Below are positions 24,946 through 38,494 of a stretch of DNA of 56,573 bases, piece after piece. Made by a program: the position numbers and the translations under genes. The stretch is from Nemertoderma westbladi. Its lineage: Eukaryota > Animalia > Xenacoelomorpha. The stretch covers positions 1 through 56,573 of the forward strand of contig JAUCBJ010002845.1 in assembly GCA_032718475.1 (NCBI GenBank). The letters are read 5' to 3'. The notes beneath the pieces are model-generated. The model ran no database searches. It was not told the DNA's origin and worked only from the letters and a program-made list of their open reading frames with translations. Each line of letters begins with the position of its first letter. Position 1 is the first letter of the stretch.

Positions 24946-25135
24946 GTAAGTTGCTAAATTAAATTTGCAGAAAATTAATTTAACAAAAAATATTTTCAGG
25001 AGTGAGGCTTGCTGGTTTTGGATGGTATGTTACCGTATAAGCATTCTGCGTTGTGGTGGAATAAGAACAATTATGTTGTGGTAGATATTCAACATACTAT
25101 CTATTCTAATCATTTTTAATCCATTTATTGCTTAG

Positions 25136-25330
25136 TTCGAGATTGCTCCACAATTTCTGGACCACGACCATTCAGGAACTGCCTGTTTCCGTTCAAGCAC
25201 AACGGTACCGCGTTCAAATTTTGTCCAGTTGAACCCAACGATTATGCGTGGTGTGCGACCGAAGTGGACAGCGGTAGAAACTTTGTACCTGGTTCAGGGA
25301 ATTGGGGTGTCTGTTCCGCAAACTGCCCAG
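25136..25330 (+). CDS. Host gene exon 5: fibronectin type II domain (symmetrical phase 1-1 exon; not in the ORF track)
   Basis: Acceptor cttAG. Reads (L)RDCSTISGPRPFRNCLFPFKHNGTAFKFCPVEPNDYAWCATEVDSGRNFVPGSGNWGVCSANCP, with the FN2 signature C-x-FPF...C...WCAT...WG-x-C. Donor G|GTGAAT. Confidence 0.9.
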
Positions 25331-25702
25331 GTGAATTACTAAGTACTGTATGAAGTATTAATCAATTACAGTATCCTCCCATGTTTTATACTGGCTTCTA
25401 GGCAAGAGGCGAGGCAGAGGGGTGGACAAGGCATTAATAATGCGTTCTCCCCTTCTAAATACGCTCTGAGTCAAGGTTTTCGATGGCCAACCAATTTGAT
25501 ACAACTGGAGGATTACATAGATAAAGGCTGTGTAACCCAGCGATAGAGGTCCACGCGCCAGGCGTGCAGGGTAGTGCTGGGTTTTGAGCTGAAACATGTC
25601 ACCGCAATTCAGCTGTAACTTACACATCAGACATCATAATATAGTAGATATTAATTTGTAATGTAAGCTGTTACCAACATATTCTAACTCTATATTTCGC
25701 AG

Positions 25703-25875
25703 CATGTGGACAAGCGAATTATACCGAACCGGTTGGCACAATAACATCCCCGAATTATCCGATTGGCTATTACAACCACCTCGACTGCGAATATCACATT
25801 TATCTGAAACCTGGAAACCTACTGCAGCTAACAGTCACGGACTTTAATACACAAAGTATCAATGATCAACTAATA
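25703..25875 (+). CDS. Host gene exon 6: N-terminal half of CUB domain (not in the ORF track)
   Basis: Acceptor ttcgcAG. Reads (A)CGQANYTEPVGTITSPNYPIGYYNHLDCEYHIYLKPGNLLQLTVTDFNTQSINDQLI, with CUB motifs CG..G-x-I-x-SPNYP..Y...C-x-Y-x-I. Donor |GTAAGT at 25876 (phase 0). Confidence 0.92.
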
Positions 25876-26399
25876 GTAAGTTAACTGGGGTCAGTGCTAC
25901 TGTATTATTGCAGTATTAATATTATCAGGAAAAAAAAGAAATTAGCTAATCATCCTGTATTAATTAATTTGACTTAATTATTTTTAAGATTGTATTGAGC
26001 TGTTAATACAACAGCAACTGTAATAATATATGATATTATGAAGCGCTTCCTCGTTTGTTGGCATTTCTTTTGATGCACGCGGCCAGCCTCGTATCCGAAT
26101 CCCAGATCTGTAAATTTCATACACTTTTGTTGATTATTAATGCATAGCCATTTTGATGTACAGTTTCTTGATGCAGTATTATTGACAGTTGACATGGTTG
26201 CCTAGCACTATTTGTTACTGTGCCTGATTGCAAGACTTGCTGTATTCCAACTAATATCATTCGTTGTATTCCATTGGTCACAACCATGGCGTTCTTTACT
26301 AAGATGATTGATTGATGAATTGAAGATGATAAGAAGTTGATTTACCAGCTGTACCTGTAACTATGTGTTCTAATAATACATTCTTTTTGTGATTAATTT

Positions 26400-27024
26400 T
26401 CAAATAGGAGAGAAAACGAATTGTTCTTGAAGGCGAGACCATTTATTGAGAGTTGTAATTCTTAGTTGACTTAAGAGTCGGTACAACACGCAGTTCCACA
26501 ATGAAAATATTGGAAGCGAAATGAATCTTCAAGTTTAATTAAGAATTTCGGAACACCAGTGCCTTCGACATAATCGACAGATTGTATATGAACAAAATTG
26601 TAACAATTGTAGACAATAACTCCTGGAGGCAGTTTAGAAAACGCAGATTCTACAGTTATAATTGAGACGGAATCAATATTGTCAAGATTGCTGAACTCCT
26701 ACAACTCTTTAACTTTTACACACCGAACATCGGTAAGTGAACGTTTGGTAGTTCGTGGAGGCGCCGGAGGGGTTGGAACTTGACTTTTAGGTATTTCAGG
26801 AAACACAGAAGGGGGATGCAATGGCTGCGTTTTCCCCCTGGCAACGATCGTTGGAAAGTTAATTGGCCAATGCTTGGCACAAACAACAAAATTATCCCTT
26901 GGAATAGCTTGTACCCATCTTCAATTCCAGGTGATAATCGATAAACTGAAACTCGAACTGGAACTGGTTCACCATTATCACCTTAGTTTGATTGACAGCC
27001 AAACACACAACATTTTAAAGGCAT
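26400..27024 (-). pseudogene. THAP zinc-finger N-terminus of a transposase, disrupted and truncated
   Basis: Reads MPLKCCVFGCQSN*GDNGEPVPVRVSVYRL.../RWVQAIPRDNFVCAKHWP.../PPSVFP, the C2CH THAP signature, with a stop and frameshifts. Confidence 0.8.
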
Positions 27025-27027
27025 CAG

Positions 27028-28188
27028 AGGGGGGGGGGGGGGGGGGCGCATTTTCTGAACAAAAAGACGAATTTTTGAAACATATCCTATCTGATGCAGA
27101 ATTTCATGCTGAATCCAAATATGAAAACCGTTTTCCCATATTTTGCTTAGTTTTCGAGATATCTGGGATAGAATATACTGACTCTGATATATCGCTAATC
27201 GGTAAAGGAGATTTCGGGATTGCATTCAATTTCTGCAAGTTTCTGTGCTCAGTTGTGCTAATTAGATCTCTCCTCGAGAAAGAGCACAAAATTTTAATTG
27301 AGAAGGTATTTTTTTATGATTATTGGAGCTACTGATCAGTTTATAAGATAACTTCAAGTCTCTGGAATGAAGACAGCACTCGAATAAGCAATTCTGCGGT
27401 CTTTGTGGGATTACACGGTATAGACTTCTTGTTCATCGGAGATCTTCAAAATGTATAATCTCCAGTTCTAGTGGTTGTACAGAGTTCGTTTTTGGCTCAT
27501 TCGAAAGCTCTTTTCTCAGAGACAAAAGTTACCATTTGGTTTGGCAAACTCTAGAAAGCTGCCTGAGTAATCATAACTTGAACAAAATTTGCAAGGCATA
27601 TTTTACCCATATTCATGTTATGTTGCTTCACAACCATTTTATCTTAACTTAACTTCGGTAACTTTGTTTTCTAAGAAAAGAGCATTCGAATGAGCCTAAA
27701 ACGAACTTCGTACGACCACTAGAACTGGAGATTATACATTTTGAAGATCTCCGATGACCAATAAGTCTATTCCATGTAATCCCACAAAGACCACAGAGTC
27801 GCTTATTCGAGTCCCACCTTCATTCCAGAGACTTGAAGTTGTCTTATAAACTGACAAGTAGGTTCAATAATCATAACCATATATTATAACATTATCATAA
27901 AATACCTTCTCAATTAACATTTTGAGCTCTTTCTCGTGGAGACATCCAATTGGCACCACTGAGCGCAGAAATTTGCAGAAATTAAATGCAAACCCCAAAC
28001 TTCATCGCCTTTACTGATATCGCGATATATCAGAGCCTGTATCTTCTATCCCAGATATCTCGAAAACTAAGCACGATATGGGAAAACGGTTTCCATATTT
28101 GGATTCAGCATGAAATTCTACATCAGATAGGATACGTTTCAAAAATTCGTCTTTTTGGTCAGAAAATGCCCCCCCCCCCCCCCCCCCT
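27028..28188. mobile_element. Foldback/MITE with ~500-bp inverted arms, inserted in the P-like element
   Basis: ~27028-27533 is the diverged reverse complement of ~27657-28188 (AG(n)CGCATTTTCTGAACAAAAAGACGAATTTTTGAAAC... / ...GTTTCAAAAATTCGTCTTTTTGGTCAGAAAATGC(n)T). No TSD recognised. Confidence 0.85.
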
Positions 28189-28277
28189 AAATTAGCAGAA
28201 TCAGAATTCAGAATTATAAGCCTCCAGTCAGCCTCCAGTACTGCACGGTTGCATGGCCTTTAGTAAAGAACGCCTTG

Positions 28278-28358
28278 GTCACAACCCCATAGTTACTACC
28301 TCGTAAACAGTTGTAGTGAGCTACAACTGTTTGTGAGGTAGTAACTATAGGTTGTGAC
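28278..28358. repeat. 81-bp near-perfect palindrome adjoining the P-like element
   Basis: GTCACAACC(CC)ATAGTTACTACCTCGTAAACAGTTGTAG-TGAG-CTACAACTGTTTGTGAGGTAGTAACTATAGGTTGTGAC. Confidence 0.85.
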
Positions 28359-29309
28359 TGTATGCTGCCTTATATGACCCATACGCTGCCTTTGCCATAA
28401 TTGGTTGTTGCCTTTGTTCAGTTGTATGGTGTACCTTTGTATTATAATAGGAATTATTCCTGTATGTTTCCAAGCCTAACTCATAACATCTTAGGTTAGG
28501 TACAGTAAACTGAGACCTCCTTTAGTCACAGGAGGCATAAGAATTTCACCACTACGCTAAGCATTAGCGGCATTTTATTGTTATTTTACTGTATACGTGA
28601 TAGCTATTGTTATATTATAATTTACTAATATTGCACATATTGTTTGGAGAATAAACTGGAGACGAGATCGCACCAGATTTGGATTTGGAAATACCATAAT
28701 TAATCATGCAGTATAATCGAACATAAAAATAATTTCGTATTATTTTGGACCAAATGGTGTACGCCCCCCCCCCCCCCCCCCCCCCTTAAAATTGACTTTT
28801 CAAAAATTGCGCCTAAAATGACAAAATTGCATATTGAAAAGTTTACAAGTAATGTTAAAAAAAATAGTACTACGCCAGCCGGTTAGGACCTACCTACAGT
28901 CTGTTTTTCTCACATGGCCTGACTGTCGACCTGACATACAGTGTGTCAGTACACGGTGCAGGGTGTGCACGTCAGCACACGACCAGTACCTGCTGACTGC
29001 ACAGCTGCTGGTACCACAGCTGCACTGCGTTACCTACATCCTACCATAGCCGCATTGCGTTAGTTACCTAGTTAGGGTCTGCTACTATATGCTATTGTTC
29101 CGTTGTGTTATATATATATATGATATATTATATTATACGTACACATCGCAGTTGCATTAACCTCGTTATTCCCATTCACCCAGTACCATGAGACTTCCCG
29201 TCTTGCCTCACTTCTGGCGTGGTCTGGTGGTGGCATTGTTGTTTTCTGTCTCCCGCCTCCTTCTTCTTACCACAGCAGCAGATCTCTCACCTGACCACTC
29301 GCACACAGC

Positions 29310-31625
29310 ATGGCGTTTATCGGAGTGTTAAAGCCTCCCAAACTCTTACCGCTCGATAAATCCGAGACAATTAATTTGTTCGAGGTGTGGTGGTACAACC
29401 TCACATACTCTCTCACACTTCAACCCCAGTTCAGCCAGTTTACCGCGCCCGATGTCACATGGCTGCTTCACTCCCGCGCCGCTCTGCTAGTTTATTTTAC
29501 ATTGTGTTTGTGTACTGGTTCAAGCATTGTATAGTAAGCAATGTAGCCTACAGTAAAATGGTAAGTATTACTGATGCTGCAATTGATTGGCTGTAATTGT
29601 AATTGGAATAGCTATAATTGATTGGGTTGGGCGATAGACGCAATTAATTGGATAATTGCTTCCATAGCAATCAATTATCCAATTAATTTCGTCTGTCCCA
29701 ATCAATTATCCAATTAATTGTGTCCATCCCAATCAATTATCCTATTATTTTGAAACCACCAATCATTTAATTGGGTCAATTAATTGCAATTAATTGTTTG
29801 CCCAATTAATTTTTGATAGCCCTTGCCCGCAACACCATAGTCCATGACTCTACCTCCTTGCCTTCCATCTGGCAGGCTATCCACCTCCACTATGGATTCC
29901 AGGCCACGGGTGCCCATTTCCTCGCGTTCAGTGAGATCACCTTGAAACAGGAGGAATGCTCCGAGGACTTGTTCCAACGTCTCTCAGCGTTCGTAGACGA
30001 TAGCCTCCTCCACCAGGATAGTGGAATCTCCCACCACGGCATCATCCCTCCCGAGGACGAAGAGCTTTACCCATCCTCGAGAACTTCATCGTTTTAGTTT
30101 GGCTTTGCCTGATCCATCTGAATCTCCCACGACTCATCCAGCAACAGTACGGGACCGAACTTCGTTCCCGAACCCTGGCAAGCATAAAACCTGAGGTTTC
30201 TGAAGCGCTTTCCTCGCTGTTGAATGAACTCCATGCAATGGCCGAAGTCCGCACAGACCCGACAACCACCTCCACCACCCACAACCCTAGAACGACCCCA
30301 ATCCAGTCCCAACACTGACCTCCGATCCCTCTGTTAATGTCGTGGCAGTACGACCTAGACCGGCATTTCTCGCCCACTATGAGCACAAACCTGCCAACAT
30401 CCTTGACTGCAGTGCCGATCTGATCACACACGACACCGCCATCCGCCTGGGCGTCCCTATCACCCGGGGCTCCCGAAAAGTACCCCTGAAAGCAGACGGT
30501 TCCCTGATGCTCGATGTCATCGGCGGGACCTCGTTCAACCTCACATACGACGACCTAAGCCTCCCTTTCCGCGGCCTCATCGTCACGAGCCTGCCAGCCA
30601 GTCCTTGATATCATTCCATGATGGCAGATCTGTCCGGTACCCTCCCCCGAACCAGCCCAGTCCCGCGATCCGCCGCACATCTGTATTCCGAGCCCCGGTA
30701 CAGTCATCCATTGTCCTATGGGATGAATCCCTCTCCCTCTCCCTCCCAGCCTACCTACATGAGTCATCTGACCTCCTTGTATCCCCACACATAGCCAACA
30801 GCCCCACCCACTTCACCGCTCAGTCCTGGTTCCCGCCAATGCATCTCCAACCCCTCGCATCTGCTATCACTATCCCAAACCTATCCCAAATGTGATCATG
30901 TGTTCATCCAAAGCAACTTTGTATGTCTGTTCCAGTCTTCCTACCACAGTCGCACCCATCAACTCCACTACCCAGTCACTCCCATCCCCCGAAAAACGCA
31001 CCATGGCCGCACAACCTGCGCCTGCCACTATATCCAAGTCCCACATCAGTGCAGTCCAACTAGATACCAACAACATCCTCACCCACCGGGAATGTGCCTC
31101 CTTCCATGATGTACTGGAACAATACGTGGCCATGTTCAACCCTCAGTATCCCGGCTACAATAATAGCTCTGCCGGTCTATTTGAGGCCATTGTCAACGTT
31201 TCTCTCACGTTACCCCCACAGCACAAGGGTCGCATCCTGCAATACGCCTGCGACTGCCTCATAGAAATCCAAGAACAGTTAGATTCATTCAAATGCCTCG
31301 GTGTTTTCATCCGCCCTGAGCTCGCTGGCATCAATGTCGAATACCTCAACCCGAACTTCCTCATCGCCAAACCCAACAGCGGCTCCCGTTTGGTTACCGC
31401 ATTTATCGAGATAACATGCTATTGTAAACGCAACCTGCGGTCCTCCCCGATGTCGAGTCAACCATCCATTCCCTCAGCCGGTTTAAATACCTCGTCAAAG
31501 CAGATCTCACCAGCACCTTCTAACAGATTCCTCTCCAATGCGAGTCGATGCGCTTCTGTGGAGTATACACTCCATTCAGCGACGTGCGCGTGTACCTGTA
31601 CAGGTGCTGCGCCATGGGCATACCT
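29310..31625 (+). pseudogene. gag, protease and partial RT of the second Gypsy-like element, interrupted by an AT-rich insert at ~29490-29815
   Basis: ETINLFEVWWYNLTYSL; ARNTIVHDSTSLPSIWQAIHLHYGFQATGAHF; EDLFQRLSAFVDDSLL; protease-like ILDCSA; RT PPQHKGR..QY, VEYLNPNFLIAKPNSGSRLVTAF. Many frameshifts. Confidence 0.8.
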
Positions 31626-31930
31626 CAAAAATTGCGCCTAAAATGACAAAATTGCGTTTGAAAAGTATACAAGTAATGTCCAAAAAATAGTACTGCGCCA
31701 GCCGTTTAGGACCTACCGTCCGTCTTTCTTACCTGGTCTGACTGTCGGCTGGACATACAGTGTGTATGTCAAGGTGCAGGGTGTACACGTCGACTGCACA
31801 GCTGCTGGTACCATAGCCGCACTGTGTTACCTACATCCTACCATAGCCGCACTGCGTTACCTAGTTAGGGTCTGCTGCTATATGCTATTGTTCCGTTGCG
31901 TTATATATATATATATGATATATTATATTA

Positions 31931-32602
31931 TGTAAGCGGATTCAATTCCCTTACATTCCCCACCCGAACATGGGACCAGTGGCATTTTACCAATATAGTT
32001 GGCAATACGAGAATACCAATAATATTCTCGACTCATAACCAACTCGGGGGGGGGGGGGGGGGGGGGCGATACAGGCTCTAAAGCCACAGAGAGAGGTGAG
32101 AGGTCAAACCACCTCACAGGGAGAACACAGCTAGTAAAGGTTAGAGGCAGGAGGAAACACTCACAGGGAGTGCCAAAGTGACAATTAGTATATAAGCCAA
32201 TAGCGGGCAGGGGAGCACGTGGACAGAGATAGGAAAGCATCCATTGGGTACAGAAGGCCAAGTAGAGCAAGGGTGAAACCAATATCTATGTGTATCAATC
32301 ATATAGTTATTCCGTATTACTGATTTACTGGTCAGTTCATTAATCACAGAGTTGCAGACCGGTTATAGTTTTTGACCATCATCTAATATCAATTATATAT
32401 ATTTGCTGTTATTCTGTATTGCGATTTCAATCACATACTGTAACTAATTCTGTGCTATTATCATTTGGAACATTAACATCGATAAACACAAACTCTGTTA
32501 TTTTTACCAATGGCCTTTGGCCAAAAAGGACACTAGTTCAGCAGCCCAGCAGAGGTGACGCGTACTAAATCTTACCCAGTCGGGATCTACGATCCCGTCA
32601 CA
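31931..32602 (+). repeat. BEL-2 5' LTR
   Basis: TGTAAGCGG...CCCGTCACA, paired with 52566-53233. Confidence 0.95.
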
Positions 32603-32654
32603 GTCAAAAACTATACAACTTACCAACTGTGACCGCAAACACAACACCATAAAG

Positions 32655-35600
32655 ATGAGTGAAGGACGAATGCCCCGAGAGTCAGAGGGAGAAAGAACGC
32701 TGCCACAGACCTTGGACGACACCAACCAAACAATCCGAAAGGCCGCGACGAGACGGTACCGGCCTGCCACCCCGGATTCGCCAATGAGGGATGATCCGAC
32801 TGCCCAAGCGGAGGGCAGCCGTCAACTACAAGGAGGGAAAGATAACAACGAGTCGACGTGCGACGACAATGGCGGTAGGAGTACCGAAGTCGCTGGCCAG
32901 CCACAGGCTGAGGGCGACGGACGGCCTACCGGAACGGCTATGGTGGGGCCGCCGCTACGACGCCGAATGAGGAGGGAAGGTAGAGTCAACGAAGAGGATG
33001 TCGGGACGAGTGATCGCCTACGACGGGCGTACAACGCCACAAAGAAACTACTCAAAGAGGCTAAGGAGGGGAGAAAGGTGGACCAGCCTAAATTATACGA
33101 GAGGCTAGGTGAGTCGAATAAACATTTCCGTTACTTAGTCTGTTATGGACAGGGAGAACTGGCGAGTGAGAGAGTCACGGGAGGTCGCCATAGAACTGTT
33201 TGAATTGTGGTGGTCCGAGGTAATGGAGCCAGACGTAGTGTATGTAAGGCCTTACTTAGTGGATGCTAGGGGAATTAAGTTAGTTGGATGGGCGGACCCG
33301 CATGGCGGCGAATCCAAGGTTAACCCCGAGTATTCGGTGTCGTCGGTCAGTAAGAACCCCAGTAAATGGGGGAAAGTTAGTAGGACAGAGAGGCGACAGG
33401 AGTCCGTCGTGACCGATAAGTCCGCTACATCCTCTGCAAAAGCAAGAAGGATGTTAGAGATTGATCTGGCGTGTCAACTAGACATTGTGGCGCTGGATCA
33501 GAGGGAGTTGGAGAGGCAATTGGACGAGGGAACCGCATTATTAGAGAAAGAGAGAGAGTTAGCGAGGGAATGTAAAGAGAGGGCAGAGAGGGTGGCGAGA
33601 AACTTTAGAGAGGGCGAGGAGAGATAAATAAGGGAGGACAAAGAGCGAGAGGCGAATGAGCGCAAAGAGCGAGAGGCGAGAGAGGCAACGAGGATTGAGA
33701 GAGAAACGAACGAGCGCATGGAGCATGAGGCGAGGAGGGTTGAGAGGGTTGCGAGAGAGGCAGAGTTGGCCGACCAAAGTTTGGGAGAGGATAGAGAGAG
33801 AGAGAGAGCGGGAAAGCGTATGCGGGATGATATGCATACCTGGCTGAGGGGGTTAATGCAATATCAAGCGAAGTAAAAGCGCCGGTTAGAACTGGCAAAA
33901 ACGGGATTATCGGAGAGTGAGGCTGGTTCGGGTAGTATTTACGAGGAACCAGATGTAATGGAAACCTTTGTTAATACTCCACTTACAGGTACCGGACGAC
34001 AGACCCAGGACTGGTGTAACCATACGGGCGAGTGGGGTAATAATAATATGTTAGACGGTGTTAATATTAATAATACCGTAATAGATAACCCTAATCAAAC
34101 CTTTCTTGCAGGAAATAATATTTTACCCGGTAATTACAATTCTAATTTATATGTGCAAAATAATCCAAATAATAATTATAATTTAAATATGCAAAATTGC
34201 CGCCGCCCCGGAGAGACACAACCTGGTCAGATATACCACACACCGGGAGAAGGGTACAGGATGTACCGGTACGAGGATGAGGACAGGAGAGGGGATCGAA
34301 GAGAAACTTCCCGACGGGATATAGCTGCCGAACGAGAATATGGTAGTCGCGGGGAGGACTTCTTGGAATATTCGAGAAGATTAAACTTTAGTCCGGAAGG
34401 ACACAGGCAGACTGCAGGATATACTGTAGGCCTTACTGCACATACTATAGGCCATGCTGGGAGAGATAGTGTAGGCGATAGGGTAGCGCGGTCAACGGGA
34501 TTGGACCCGGAAGTCGCGGCATACATACCGGTAGGTAGGCAAGAAGTGGATAGGCCTATACCACTACATGCACACCAGTATGACTATAACATGCAGGGAT
34601 ATAATATATACCCAGGGGAGGGGGGAGCTATTGCTGATAGATGCATGGGCCCTAACATGATAACATCAACCCCAGTACCAAATATAACACTGGTGGGGGG
34701 GGGGGGGGGGGGGCAGGGTGACATTCCCCTATTGCAATATCAGCAGTACACTCAATCAAAAACAAAACCCCAAACCCCTCAGACCCAAATAAGCCATGTG
34801 ACACGGAGATATGGAGGGGACCGTTACCCCCGATGATATATCCAATCCAAAGAAAGTCGACAAGCCCGACGGGCAAACCGCACCCAACAGCAGGTGAGTC
34901 TGCACCACAACCATCGAGCGCGCTAGAAGTACAAGCGATGGGAATGGCAACACTCATCAACGCAGTTAAGACCAGGATCGAGCTACCACCAGTGGAGCTG
35001 TTCAAATTCGATGGTAGTAAACCGGAGGAATATCTGCAATTCCAGCACATGTACAGTAACGAAATATTAACGAAGAATCTGACGCAGGCGGAGTGCCTAA
35101 AATACCTACAAGTTTACACAGGGGGACCAGCATACTGTACAACATCGTAAAGCAGTACCAAGGTATCGAAGGTGGATTCACGACTGCATGGCGGGCCCTA
35201 GACAGGGAATTTGGACATCCTGCTAAGATCATCCGACAAACCTTGAGGGGGATAACATCAGGCGGACTACAAGATGACCCTGTCAGCATCAAGACTTTCG
35301 CGAATAAAGTTGAAAAGGCGCTGATTGTGCTAAAGACCTTAGATGACCTTACGAACTCAACGCATTGAATAACATCACTACAATAGCACAGGCACTACCG
35401 ATCTGGCTGAGGAATAAGTGGAGAAAGATCGCCTTCTCCACCAGAGAGAAGAAGGGTGCGGAGCCAGGGCTAGAGGATATGTCGAACTTCCTCAACTACG
35501 AGCGGAACTAATTACAGAGCCAGTCTACAGTGAGGATAGTCTGGGGAGGGCACCAAGAGCCGAATACAACAGGCCTAAACCAGAGCACAGTGCGGTGAAT

Positions 35601-38494
35601 GCACTACCAAAGTTAAGACAGTCACTACCATACGCGGCGACACAGGGGACTGCAAGTCCACAGATAGCTGGGAGTAGGGCCACACCTTGGCACGAACAGG
35701 GACAAAATAACAACACGAATAAATATAATCCCAACATACCCAGTAGGCCAAATCCAAATAATAAAAACACTGAACTGCTAGGTATGAATATACGTGCGAT
35801 ACGCGAAGTGCTGTATAAAGAAGGCTACAATCCAAAAGAAAAATGCCAATTACACACAAACGCATTCCACCAGACCATGGACTGCAAGAATTGGCAGGCG
35901 TTGCCTAAACAAGATCGAGTAACCTACGCGGGTAGAAATGGAAATTGTCATCGATGCGTGGTAGGAGGACACAGAGTCGAAGAATGTAAGGAAACACCAG
36001 TGAGATATGGCGAAGGTAGAGGTCAAACAATGGCGACAAGCACCACGGGAGCAAAGAGAAGGGGAACGGTACTACTCGTGGTGGTACCAGTGAGGGTAAT
36101 AGGAGAAAGTGGCCGATCAGTCACAACATTGATGCTGGTCGACAGCGGAGCAGCCTTCATGCTGGTGGAGAATAGGATGGCCGAAGAGATAGGGTTGCAG
36201 ACGAGGCCGAGTAAGATGGCAGTAACTACTATCTCGAGCAAGGATGAGGTCCTGGAGATGGGACGGTGCGAGATATCAGCAATAGCACCAGGATGTGATT
36301 ATGGGGCGAGCATCGACCCCATCCAAATAATAGAATCGGTTAATATAAATGCCAGGCGGCCCACAAGGATCGAGGTCGAGCAATACCAGTTCCTGGGCAG
36401 TATCGATTTGTCAATACCCGAAGTGGACGTCTCGAAGGTATCCATCATAGTCGGCATGGACTGTCCGATGGCCCACGAGAGAGTATGGACCATATTTGGG
36501 GGGGATAATCAGTGGGATCCGATGGCGATTCTTACGCCGTTCAGATGGACGATTAGCGGCCCAATTAGAACCAAGATCCCATTCAGGGTGTCGGAGACAT
36601 CAGGGTGCATGTTCGCAGGCACAATGAGGGTGAAGGGGGACGAAGGAGCAGAGGAGCAACTAAATAGGCTGCTGCGGCAGGACTTTGAGGGATTGAAGGA
36701 GGCCGGGGTCAGAACCTCGGTAGAAGACAAACAAGCGCTAGAGAGTGTGAAGAACACGATGAAGTGCGAAGGGGGGCGGTACACGATAGGGATGGTATGG
36801 AAACAACCAAAGCTACCGCTACCAAACAACAAAGGGATGGTACTCACGAGGCTTCGCAAGCTGAAGCAGATGCTCAGACGGAGCCCCGAGAAGGACGAGT
36901 ACATCCATAAAACAATTAGAAAATACGTTGAAAAGGGGTGGGCCGTTGAGTTACCGGTCGACGAGCCAAACATGGACAGGACCTACTATTTGCAACTGCA
37001 CGTGGCTTTAGATCCAAAGAAGGGTAAACTGCGGATGGTGGTCGACGCGTCGGCCAAAACGAACGGCAAGAGCCTAAATGACTATCTGCTAGAAGGCCCC
37101 AACATCTACAACTCGGGGATAGAGGTCCTGTTGAGATCCAGAAATGGGAGGAACGCCTTCAGGTGCGACATTGAAGGCATGTTCAACCAAGTCAGTGTGA
37201 TGGAAGAAGACAGCGATAGTCAGCGCTTCCTATGGTACAACGGCGACGAAGAACCATCAGAGATACCGATGTACAAAATGGTGGTGCAAAACATGGGGGC
37301 TAAGTCATCCTAATTCACAATGACTACGGCTGTAAGAGATATGGTGGAAGGCAAGGAAGGTAAATATAGTGAGAAGGCGATTGACATGATTCGATGCGGA
37401 TTCTATGTAGACGATGGGATGGGATCTGGAAACACGGTTGAAGAAATACTGGAGATAGGGTGCGAGGTTCGCGACATCCTAAAAGGATCCGGGTTCAACC
37501 TCACTAAGTTCCAGTCCTGCTCCGAGGAGTTTATGAAGGCCATAGAAGACAACCGACCAGAGTCGACCATGGACAACCCCACAACGGCAAAAGGACAGGT
37601 TATGGCAGACAAGAGAGTGGAGTCGCAGCAAAAGGAAGATGTTTGGACCGATTAAGGTAAAGGTGATGCGGCACACAGAGAAACGCTACAGCATTATCTT
37701 TGTCTGCAACAATACGAGAGCGGTGGGAATAGAACTTGCGCAGGACGCTACGACGTCGGCATATATTAATACCTTAGAGAGGTTTGTAACCCGCAGAGGG
37801 GGGACGGAAGAGGTGTTATATTCGGATAACGGGACCAACTTCATGGGAGCAGAGAAAGAGTTGGCCGAGGCCTTCGACATCCTAGAAGGAGACGATATCA
37901 GGGCGGCTATGAGAAAACATCTCATAAAGTGGGAAAGGAGAACACCATACGCGCCGCATACATTAGGGTATGTGGAGAGGCTTGTGGGAAGCTCCAAACG
38001 CTTGATGACCAAACTAATGACCAACCACATGGTCACCGAAGACGTATTAAGAACGGTGTTAGCCAAGTGCGAGGGAATCATTAATAGCGGACCGCTATAC
38101 CCCAAGAATGACGACCTGGAATCACTGGACGTCCTAACACCAGGTCATCTACTAATGGAGAGGCCGGCGACGATCGACATGCGGGGTGTAGATCCAGACG
38201 ACATACATTCACGCCAAAGCTGGAAAGTCGCCTAAGCAATAAGTGCAGAGTATTGGACGAGATGGATAGAAGAGTATCTTCCGACACTGCATAGGAGGAG
38301 TAAGAGGAGGAATACCAGTAGAGAGTTATAGAAGGGTGACTTGGTAATCATCACTGACGACACAATTATCAATAACCAATGGAGACTAGCGAGAGAGTGG
38401 TAGATACTTACCCCGACGAGGATGGAAGAATTAGGTCGGTGGAAGTGAGGATTGGAGGGAAGATAGGGGCCAAAGATAGGAAGACCTATAGGAG
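32655..38494 (+). pseudogene. BEL-2 gag-pol, frameshifted, RNase H region deleted; last codons resume at 50966-51004
   Basis: DUF1759-like LPPVELFKFDG...ALDREFG; Cys/His knuckles; protease LVDSGA; RT KLRMVVDASAK..SLND, DIEGMFNQV, FYVDD; integrase LYSDNGTNF, VERLV; C-terminal WRLARVVDTYPDEDGRIRSVEV. Confidence 0.93.

Larger units (their letters stand above)
26285..28277 (-). mobile_element. P-element-like DNA transposon derivative
   Basis: 18-bp TIR CA[T/A]GGCGTTCTTTACTAA. Perfect 8-bp TSD GTCACAAC (26277-26284, 28278-28285). THAP-domain remnant inside. Confidence 0.85.

Noticed and set aside
26874-28195. Similar ORFs on opposite strands (26983-27225 and 27986-28195) as duplicated genes
   Set aside because: They are the two arms of the foldback element. 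Only the terminal MPLKCCVFGCQSN belongs to the THAP remnant.
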